A stretch of 64,000 nt of DNA. Source: Phaeosaccion multiseriatum (lineage: Eukaryota > Protista > Ochrophyta, other classes). A program made the translations under genes and the position numbers. Below are positions 54,667 through 64,000 of this stretch, in pieces (the stretch's first letter is position 1; each line of letters opens with the position of its first letter). Below the pieces are notes generated by a model. The model saw nothing but the letters and a program-made list of their open reading frames with translations. It did not search any database and had not been told where the DNA came from. Where the stretch lies: positions 1,736,001-1,800,000 of the forward strand of contig OZ218962.1 in NCBI GenBank assembly GCA_965112735.1, given 5' to 3'.

Positions 54667-55396
54667 CTATATTTGTTGTCGCTGCTGCTCCCTCTGTTCA
54701 ATCTGTTTCAGCTCGGCCATTCTCGACGAGATCTCTGACTTGATGCGCTCCTCACCTGGCACGCACGCACGCACACACACACACGAGAAAAGCAGGACCG
54801 ATGGCAGCGGAAGGCATAAGAGTCCGGAAGTGGGACAATGGCCGTAGGGAGCAGCGAGGGAGTCAGTGAGTCAGTCAGTCAGTCAGTCAGTGAGTGAGTG
54901 AGTGAGTGAGTGAGTGAGTGAGTGAGTGAGGGAGTGAGTGAGTGAGTGAGTGAGTGAGTGAGTGAGTGAGTGAGTGAGTGAGTGAGTGAGTGAGTGAGTG
55001 AGTGAGTGAGTGAGTGAGTGAGTGAGTGAGTGAGTGAGTGAGTGAGTGAGTGAGTGAGTGAGTGAGTGAGTGAGTGAGTCAGTCAGTCAGACAGTCAGTC
55101 AATCAGCCAGTCCACCCGCCCATGTCCTCCCCCTCCCCCTCCCCCTCCCCCTCCCCCTCCCCCTCCCCCCCCTCCCTCCTCCTCACCCGGCACGGGGCCA
55201 CCCATTGCCCTCGCCTCGTGGAGGTACTGCTGCCTCTCCTCCACCTCTGTAAGCACCTGCTCGTACAGTGTGAGTGGGGCTGTATCACCAACTGCTGGGT
55301 CCTCCTCGGGTAGGCCTTGCCTCTTTCGCCGCACCTGAGGGGGAGGATGAGGAGGAGGAGACACGCGGGTGTGCATTTGTGTGTGTGTGTGTGTGC

Positions 55397-55434
<38 letters not shown>

Positions 55435-56902
55435 TTGTGCGTGTGTGAGTGTATGTATACAAGGGAGGAAGGAGTGGGGGAGGACCACACCGCCCACCGT
55501 CAGAGAGTCAAGCAATGACCAGGCACCCCTAGTCACACACCCACGGCGCCGGAGTGACTCACCCTCTGTATCCTCAGTGCCTCTTGCTCTCTTGCCTTGA
55601 CTTCGGAGGGGATGCCGGAGGCCGCATTCACCATCTCTTTGGGGAGGGCCTTGCCGCCGCCGAACTCGAACTTCTCGGCCAGTCTGGTGGAGCCGAGGAG
55701 GGAGGGGAGGGAGGGGAGGGAGGGGAGGGAGGGCAGGAAGGGAGGGACGGAGGGAGGGAGGGGGGGAGGGAAGGAGGGAGGGAGGGAGGGAAGGAAGGAA
55801 GGAGGGAGGGAGGGGTGGAGGACGAGGGACGTCTCGCTGGTTAGGCTCTGACGTGTGGGAAGTAGACGGGCATGACATGACGAAACGACTCTCTCCTTCT
55901 TCGGCTTGCTTAATGCACACACCGCCTTGCCTTGCTCCTGCTCACCTGTCCTTCTCCTGCTCAGTAGACACCGCTCGAGTATGAGCGGGTCTGTAGTGCG
56001 AGAGGCGGTGTTCATTCTCTTGCAGCTGCAGCACGGCCGGTCGAGCACGTGTGAGGGGCCAAGTCATGCAAGTCAAAGAGATGGGTGGGTGGATGCGTGG
56101 TTGGATGGATGGATGGATGGATGGATGGATGGAGGTCAGTCAGCAAGCTTGACAATGAAGAGATAAGGAAACGCTACAGCGAAGGGGAAGCAAGACGCTT
56201 GCAGTGAGTAGGCGGCTTGGCTGACTCTCGGCTCTGTCGAACTCACCTCGGCTTCAATGACGGACTTGGGCCGGCGTCGCATCACAGCGTACTCGATGCG
56301 TGCCGGCGGCTCTCTTTGGTGCGCATCGCCCCTACCCACTCTTGGAACCTTGTGGAGGGGGGTTGATGAGCCGAATTTTTAAATAGGGATAGATGGTGAA
56401 GGGGGCGGTAGGTGAGTAACTGCGTTCGCTGTGGTGGTAGACTTGGCTGGGTGAGAGCTGAAGTGACAGTGGGGCCTCAAAAGTTAGACTTGAAATCCAA
56501 TGTAAAGTAGGTGGCTGACAGGGGCCCACGCATCCCATACTCAGAGTCCTTTACCTTGATATTGCTGCTCGGCTTGATGTGCTTCTCCCTGGGATCTCTT
56601 GAGTGAATGCTCCCATTGACGGGATGGAAACTGCCCGAAGAGGGCCCTGGAGACTGACGAAGGGTCTTTGGATAGTTGATCTGAGGGCAGAAACACGCAG
56701 CAGGGGCAGGCGAAAGCCACGGCAGAAAGGCTTGGTCCGTGAAAAGCTCTCCGTTTCGCAAGGCAACTGTCCTTACCTTCAAACTTCCTGTTCCGTACAG
56801 TTGCTTCAGCAGTCTGCCTGCCACAGGGTCATCATTAAGCTCCTTCCAGCGCTCGTCTCGGACGGACGAAGGTAGATTCGCGCGAGGAATCGGATTGGGC
56901 AT
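54667..56902 (-). CDS. UPF0193/EVG1 (C22orf23)-like protein
   Basis: Spliced ORF from MPNPIPRAN...; C-terminal [24 protein letters not shown]..|[19 protein letters not shown] resembles the UPF0193 conserved tail as I recall it. Confidence 0.65.
54862..55100. repeat. (GAGT)n/(CAGT)n intronic microsatellite
   Basis: About 240 bp of tetranucleotide repeats. Confidence 0.95.
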
Positions 56903-57006
56903 TTTTGTAACGTTGTGCAAAGCTCGCCGCTCGCCGCCACCCTGTTGAACTTTGCAACTTGGTGCTCCAGAATCACAGGTTGACGTCGATCGACTCGATT
57001 CTTTCT

Positions 57007-57245
57007 CCCTGGACAAGGGTATCTGATTACTGATTACGGCCGGCGTACGCCAGCCAGCCTGATTACTGATTATGGCGCCAGCCGGGCCTGATTACTGATT
57101 ATGGCCGGGGCCCCGCCGGGTCTGATTACTGATTATGACCGGCGCCAGCCGGCCTGATTACTGATTACCGGCCTAGCCGGCCTGATTACTGATTATTGGC
57201 GCCAGCCGGCCTGATTACTGGCGCACACTGTAGCCTTGTCCAGGG
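57007..57245. mobile_element. MITE-like element B (239 bp, 15-bp TIR, internal array of 7 CTGATTACTG(ATTA) repeats)
   Basis: CCCTGGACAAGGGTA at 57007-57021 and TAGCCTTGTCCAGGG at 57231-57245 (14/15 inverted match, outer 12 perfect). Internal repeats are separated by related GC-rich linkers. Confidence 0.7.
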
Positions 57246-57287
57246 TCGAACCTATTTCATCGACACTATTTCAACCTACCCCCGGCG

Positions 57288-57610
57288 CATATGCTCGACC
57301 TTACCCTGAGTAACACATCTGCAGGACGGCCCTAAATAGCTATGCCCCACACGGACACCAGACCGGAAGCGGCAGCAGCCCACAGCGAGACCCGCAAGGA
57401 GCGGCACTATGCCAACCAACACTTACGACCAAGAGCGTGTTCTTCGCCTCACCACCTTCGCCATCGAGACCCACGGACGACTCGGCGCGTCACTCCTACA
57501 CGCCCTCACCGAGCACGTCGTCTCCCGCACGGGCCGCACCGGCTCCTCCACCACCAAGGGCCACGTCCTGACCAGGCTTCACCGCCTCGTCATCGATCGT
57601 CAGCTGCAGC
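57288..57610 (+). pseudogene. Degenerate restriction-like endonuclease (RLE) fragment of a non-LTR retrotransposon (CRE-like)
   Basis: Broken frames give HMLDLT, AAAAHSETRKERHY and (frameshift ~57409) LTTFAIETHGRLG, matching the RLE pattern D.T...AA..AE..K..KY...F.P.A.ET.G. Confidence 0.6.
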
Positions 57611-57907
57611 CACCAAATGTGTGGTCGGAGCGAGCCCCTGGGCCGGCTCAACCGCGGCGCCGGACCTGCACTCCCCCCCCTCGATCAGGCGGGAGAGTAA
57701 CAGGCCCCAGTGAACACAAACTTTCAGTTTCTTAGGTGATTCGTCCTATTAAGTCAATAATACACCCAAAGCCGGGCCGGATCGGGCGAGAGGAGAGCAG
57801 AGAATTATATGCTCCATTGACCAGGCGATTGGAATGCATCCGAAACACAAACAGAGGGCTGGGTCTTAGAAGCAGGGGATTACCGGCACAAAATGCGCTT
57901 TACAGGC

Positions 57908-60015
57908 ATGCCGATCACGAGGAGGCAAGCAAGGGGAAGGGCAGAGGCAAAGCTGGGGTCGAGAGCAAGAGTAAGCAGCAGAATCGTCCTGTGCTTCCTC
58001 CTGAGCTCGCGAGCCATCGCGTTCCTCTCGCTTCCACGTCTGCAACAGCTAGGACAAGTTGCAGCTCCCCGTGCTCCCCGACTGTCGCAGCGAAGCAGAG
58101 GAGGCGCTGGGCCTGTGTCCAGCCTCTGCACCCTTTCGGGTACTGCGGCATCCTCCGATGAGCAGCAGCAGCAGCCCGGGCAGGACCCGACTCTCGTGAA
58201 GCTTCAAGCTCTTGGCATTGAAGCCCCCAAGGTGCGGCACCGCACTTTTCCTTTTTCCTTCCTTTCCTTCTGCCGTGGCTCAATCCACCCTCGTTCACTT
58301 CGCCTCCTCTGCCGGCCCCAGGCTGACTCCGTTCACTTCCCCTCCCACTCTCCTTACTCTTGACTCCTCCGAAGATCTCCACCGCAACCTTCGGCGGAGA
58401 ACGAGGCCTTCGTCTGAACGAAAAGGCGGAAGGAGGCGAGCCCATTCTCAAGGTCTGTGGAGCGTGGCTGTGGAGCGTGGATCAATCCTTCCTTCCTTCC
58501 GTCCTTCCTTCCCTGAAGGAGTGGGGCAACTTACAGGACGGGCGTTCCTCTCCCTCGCTCTCCCTCCCTGCACAAGTGACTGAATCGTCGTACGTCGTGC
58601 CTCCCTCCGTCCCTCCCTCCCTCCTCCCTTCCTCCCTCTCTCCCTCCCTCCCTCCCTCCCTCCTCCCCCCCTCCCTCCCTCCCTCCCTCCCTCCCTCCCT
58701 CCCTCCCTCCCTCCCTCCCTCCCTCCCTCCCTCCCTCCCTCCCTCCCTCCCTCCCTCCCTCCCTCCCTCCCTCCCTCCCTCCCTCCCTCCCTCCCTCCCT
58801 CCCTCCCTCCCTCCCTCCCTCCCTCCCTCTCTCCTTCCTCCCTCCCTCCCTCCCTCCCTCCCTCTCGTACCAGGTGCCCGTATCTTCCTGTCTCACCGTC
58901 TCCCCCTCCGACGAGTGCCCCGGCTCTGGTAGCGCCTCCACCATCGCAGTTGGTGATACAGATATAGGAGGAGGCAGCCAAATCGGTGATATGGTGGCCA
59001 CAGCGGGTCTGCGTAAGTTCTGGGCAAAGCATTCCGAGCCTTACGTAAGGATGGGCGTGAGGCTGCTGTGGTAAGTCAGAGGGGTGCATGCCAGACTGGA
59101 TATTGGATATCGATATTGGCCCCAGACTGGATATTGGATATCGATATTGGCCCTAGACTGGATGATATGATGATATTGGATATCGATATTGGCCCTAGAC
59201 CTCACCGCGCGAGGTTGCTGTTGTTGCTGTTCTTTACTCTACTCTGTAGTCTTATCCTTCTCGTTCTTCTCGATACCCCTCCTCCTCCTCCTCCTCCTCC
59301 TCCTCCTCCTCCTCCTCCTCCTCCTCCTCCTCCTCCTCCTCCTCCTCCTCCTCCTCCTCCTCCTCCTCCTCCTCCTCCTCCTCCTCCTCCTCCTCCTCCT
59401 CCTCCTCCTCCTCCTCCTCCTCCTCCTCCTCCTCCTCCTCCTCCTCCTCCTCCTCCTCCTCCTCCTCCTCCTCCTCCTCCTCCTCCTCCTCCTCCTCTTC
59501 TTAGGGAGATGGAAGCCAGCCGGAGAGCCATCGCTCTCGGCGGAGAGGGTGGCCCCATGGCTGCTTACTTCGCCCTCCTACCGCCCCTCTCGGAGCTCGA
59601 TAGGTGCCCCCTCGTGTGGACGGACGAGCAGATAAAGGAGTTGAGGGTACGACACGACGGACGTTTTAGTTCCAATTACGGCCTTTTTATTGACATAATT
59701 CGCTCCAACGTCGACCCATTGATGATCTGCTGGGCCAAGGGCTGTAGAGTGGAGCATGCGGGAGGGGGGGGGAGGGGGGGGGGACACTGTGCCTATATGC
59801 CTCTGCTCTGCCCGTATGCATCTGCCCTACTCTGGGCTCCTTTCCTCGGCCCGCCTTATCTCTCCCCCCCCCCCCCCCCTCCCTCTATGCCCTTGTTTCC
59901 TGTGACCCATACGCCTCTATCCACAGTACCCCTTTATGGAGGCGGAGGTGAGGAAGCAGCGCGACGAATGGAGAGTTCTCGCAGCCTCCTTCAGGTGCGT
60001 CCGTGCGTGTGTGTG

Positions 60016-60050
<35 letters not shown>

Positions 60051-60130
60051 GTGTGTGTGTGTGCGTGTGTGTTTGTGTGTGTGTATGTGTGTGTGTATGT
60101 GTGTGTATGTGTGTGTGTGTGCGTGTGTTT

Positions 60131-60172
<42 letters not shown>

Positions 60173-62870
60173 CCGTGTGTGGGCGCGTGCGTGTGTGTGT
60201 GTGCGTGTGTGTGTGTTGTGTGTGTGTTGTGATCATGTGTGTGTTGTGGTCATGTGTGTGTGTGTGTGTGGGTGGGTGTGTGCGTGTGTGTGTGATCATG
60301 CACCGTACACAACGCACACACACGCACACGCACACAAACACGCACGCACATACACATGCGGTATATACACGCGTACCTTGCCTTGACCTCAATCCGTGTG
60401 TGCCCCTCCACCCCTCACGACTCATGCCCACTCATACCCACTCACACCTACTCATACCCACTCACACCCACTCATACCCACTCATGCCCACTCACACCCA
60501 CTCATACCCACTCACGCACCACTCGTGTAGGGAGCTGACGGGGGGCAGGCTCTGCGAGGGAGGGGGGGAGGAGGACAGGGGGATAACGGAGAAGGAGACG
60601 ACGGAGACGGAGCTACTGTGGGCCATGTATATGGGACGTAGCAGGAGCTTCGAGGGGAACTTTCGAGTGGACAGGAGGTGGGAGAGGGAGGGGACAGGGA
60701 GGGAGGGAGGGAAGAAGGAAGGCAGGGAGGGATGGATGCAGTGAGGAAGTGAGTGAGTGAGTGGGAGTGGGTGGGTGTCTGAATGAGAGTGAGTGAGTGG
60801 GCGACGGGGGGGGGGGGGAGGGAGTAGATGAATGCAGGTGTGAGTGAGGGCGGTGAGTCGAGGAAGGCAGCAGACAGGTAGGTAATCGGTTCAAGGGGCT
60901 TCGAATACCGAAGTGCTCAACGTTCAGGGCTCTCCGCCGTGCTGCCCCCTTCCACTGCCATCCTCCCGTGCTGCCCCCTTCCACTGCCATCCTCCTGTGC
61001 TGCCCCATCCACTGCCATCCTCCCGTGCTGCCCCCTTCCACTGCCATCCTCCCGTGCTGCCCCATCCACTGCCATCCTCCTGTGCTGCCCCATCCACTGC
61101 CATCCTCCCGTGCTGCCCCCTTCCACTGCCATCCTCCCGTGCTGCCCCCTTCCACTGCCATCCTCCCGTGCTGCCCTCTTCCACCCACCACCCTCTGCTC
61201 TCCTCCAACCCCCACCCGACGCCCCCTCCCCTCCCCCCCCTCACAGAGAGCAACTCAAGGCTAACCTTGAGGGCGCGGTACTAGGGCTGGGCTTCATTGC
61301 TGCTTGGTTCATCGGAGGACTGGACCAGGCGGGGTCGGCGACCGGGGGGGGTGTGCCGTGGACAAGGAGTGCCAGTGCTGTGGCCGTGGTGCTCTTGTCG
61401 GTGGTGCCAGCCATTAAGGGGGGTTGGGACAGGGTTAAGGATGATGCCACCGAAGGTGAGGAGGACGAGAGGAGGAGGAGGGGGAGGAGGGGGAGGAGGC
61501 TGGCGGTTGATGGGGAGGAGGAAGAGGAGGATGGTAGTTCATGGGTATGAGGAGGAGACAGAGGAGGACGAGGAGGAGGAAGAGGAGAGGAAGAGGAGGA
61601 GGAGGAAAGGGAAGGGAAAGCCCCAACCTATCCGTGCATCCTCCCTTGTGACGGAATGCTCTCGGCCTTCAAACCCTTAGCGCCCCCCCCTGCTGCACGC
61701 TCTCAAGCGTCCTCACACGTCGCTCGCTCTTGCTCTCCCCCCCCTCTGTGCCTGCTTACAAATGACGGGGCCTTTTTAGGAGCTGTGAAGCTTCTGAAGG
61801 AGATGGACTTCATCCTGATACCAGGTATGCATGTGTGTGTGTGTGTGCGCGCGCGACTGTGTGATGGGTGAGATGCGGGGGAAATACTCTCGCCTCCCCT
61901 CCTCTCACCCTCCGCCTCTTTGCCCCCTCCTCTCCTCTCCTTTCCCCTCCCCTCCTTGCCCCTCTCCTCCTCTCCCCTTCTCGTCCCCTCGCTCCCCCTC
62001 CTCTTCTCTCCTCATCCCTCTCCCAGTCATGGACCTATGCAACCACAGCAGCCGAGCAGCGACCGTCCGTATGCGAAAGAGCACGTCCCGAGCGCAATAC
62101 GACCTCGTCACGAGAGAGATCGATGCAGCCACAAGGGAGGGAGAGATTGCTCCGGGGGAGGAGCTGAGCATCAGTTACGGGGATGTCAGTAACGATGACC
62201 TATTAGTAAGGTTCGGCTTCGTCGAAAAGGTAATTGAGGAATGCGCGTTTGGCTCTTTCTTCCCCACGGGGAGGAGGAGGAGGAGGAAGGGGAGGAGGAG
62301 GAGGAGGAGGAGGAGGAGGAGGAGGAGGTGTAGGAGGACGAGGAGGAGGAGGCGGAGGACGAGGACGAGGACGAGGATGAGGAGGCAGAGGACGAGGAGG
62401 ACGAGGAGGAGGAGGAGGAGATGGGGGGACAACTCCCTCCGCCTCCGCCCCCCTAAACCCCTCCCTCCCGCTGCACAAACACACACGCACACACGCACAC
62501 ACACACACGTACGCTCGCACACGCACACACACACTCTCTCTCTCTCTCTCACACACACACACAGGACAACCCTTATGACGACTTCGTTTTGAGCAAGAAA
62601 GAGCTCTGCCGCCTCCTCGACATCGAAAATGACAGAGTCGACGAAGCGATGCTAGAGTGAGTGAGTCAGTGAGTGAGTGAGTGAGTGAGTGAGTGAGTGA
62701 GTGAGTGAGTGAGTGAGTCAGTGAGTGAAGAAGGGAGTGAGTGAGTGAGTCAGTGAGTGAAGGGAGTGAGTGAGTGAGTGAGTGAGTGAGTGACTCTTCT
62801 CCCTGCCTCTCTCTCTCTTCTTCTTCTCCCTGCCTCTCTCTCTCTCTTCTTCTCCCTGCCTCTCTCTCTC

Positions 62871-62915
<45 letters not shown>

Positions 62916-63867
62916 GTTTTGAGAAGTGGGTTGCTGGGTTTCCGGGCTGGTGTGGGTAACTTCCTACCGTACCCAATCGACCATCCTTCGACTCACCCAC
63001 AGAGGGCTCACCCCCCCCCTTTTGCCCCTCCTTCCCTTCCCCTCCGCTCCACTCCTCTGCGCCGTTCTCTGTCTGCCTGCCTGCCCATATGCCTACCCAT
63101 CTGCCTGTCTCTATCCATCAGACTGGGTCTAGGGGCGGCGGGGCTGGACGAAGGCGTGTACCTGCAGCGAAAGGCACCCAATTCAGATGGCTCCATCATC
63201 TACAACCAAGGCAGTAAGTCACTAAAGAAACATAAGAGCTAAGCTTGCGCAAAAAATAGGAGAGAGAAGAAAGAGAGAGATACGTCATTCCCTACCTATA
63301 TACCTCCCCCCCCTCCTCCCTCCCTCCCTCCCTCCCTCCCTCCCTCCCTCCCTCCCTCCCTCCCTCCCTCCCTCCCTCCCTCCCTCCCTCCCTCCCTCCC
63401 TCCCTCCCTCCCTCCCTCCCTCCCTCCCTCCCTCCCTCCCTCCCTCCCTCCCTCCCTCCCTCCCTCCCTCCCTCCCTCCCTCCCTCGCTTTCCCACCCCT
63501 CCTCCCCCCTCCCCACACCCGCTCTGGAGTCACCGCCTCGCCCCACCTCTGAGCTTGTTGCCTTTGCCACCCACGCACGCACCCACGCACGTATCCACGC
63601 ACGCACCCACGCACCCACGCACGCACCCACCCATCTACCCACCCATCTACCCACGCATCTGCCCACCCATCTATCCACCCACCCATCCACTGCCTCTGTC
63701 CTTCCTTGTGTGTCTCTTCTCTCAGCGACGCTGATGGCCCTTGGATCTCTGCCCACGGCCTTCCGCAAGGGGCCGAACGAGCAGCAGCAGGGGGTGGCGG
63801 CGACGGAGCTTGTCGGCTTCAAGGCCCTGCAGTACTGCCTGCTCAAGCTGCTCAAGGAGATTCAAGG
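57908..63867 (+). CDS. Rubisco-LSMT-like SET domain methyltransferase, plastid-targeted; incomplete at the window end
   Basis: Hydrophobic signal + AIA-FL; [40 protein letters not shown]|[30 protein letters not shown]|DNPYD. An alternative ATG lies at 57893. Confidence 0.82.
58600..58862. repeat. (CCCT)n intronic microsatellite upstream of an acceptor
   Basis: About 260 bp of CCCT repeats; a similar tract lies at ~63305-63485. Confidence 0.95.
59092..59200. repeat. ~31-bp tandem repeat x3 with a palindromic ATATCGATAT core
   Basis: AGACTGGATATTGGATATCGATATTGGCCC(C/T) repeated; the third copy carries an insertion. Confidence 0.85.
59278..59496. repeat. (CCT)n, about 70 units, intronic polypyrimidine tract
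   Basis: Pure CCT run immediately before the TTAG acceptor. Confidence 0.95.
60941..61176. repeat. 28/29-bp minisatellite x8 built on CCACTGCCATCC
   Basis: Unit GCTGCCCC(CT/A)TCCACTGCCATCCTCC(C/T)GT. Confidence 0.92.
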
Positions 63868-64000
63868 TGAGGGGGAGGGGGTGGAGTTTTGAGTTTGAGT
63901 TTGAGTTTGAGTTCAGGTTATTGGCCGTGACGGATGAGGGCAGGGAGCGTATCTCAAATCAAGGAGGGTACAATGGATATGGAGATGGATCGGTATGGAG

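Noticed and set aside
57022-57220. CRISPR-like repeat/spacer appearance
   Set aside because: The repeat is only 14 bp, the spacers are short and related to each other, there are no cas genes, and the context is eukaryotic. It is better explained as the interior of a TIR element.
59068-60744. 558-aa ORF with poly-Pro and poly-CV
   Set aside because: Read-through of intronic (CCT)n and (GT)n tracts within the SET gene.

Overview
Gene-dense eukaryotic nuclear DNA with spliceosomal GT-AG introns. It most likely comes from a photosynthetic stramenopile or another alga with a complex red plastid, since CPOX and a SET protein carry signal peptide + 'A-F' bipartite plastid presequences. I can support 17 protein-coding genes: a multi-EF-hand protein, trehalase (GH37), RRP1/Nop52, an HSF-domain factor, AP-1 mu, a TKL kinase with DFN, DDX54/DBP10, PEX3, plastid CPOX, HACD/PHS1, QDPR, a PLAT-less lipoxygenase, a secreted choice-of-anchor-I/PhoA-like phosphatase, UBL5/HUB1, clathrin heavy chain (~44 exons), a UPF0193/EVG1-like protein and a plastid LSMT-like SET protein that runs off the window. 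Many neighbours are tight head-to-head pairs. Three features stand out. (1) A family of small elements with CCCTG...CAGGG inverted ends and subterminal repeats: two complete MITE-like copies, plus two inward-facing half-ends that bracket the lipoxygenase gene (possible gene-carrying Pack-type element). (2) A mirror-symmetric intron grammar: G-rich microsatellites and the oligomers GTTGGTGATACAG and GATGGCAGTGG follow donors, while their reverse complements precede acceptors; one oligomer also occurs in three unrelated CDSs. (3) A decayed RLE non-LTR retrotransposon fragment next to one MITE. Exon boundaries were read by eye and are approximate. No database searches were run.
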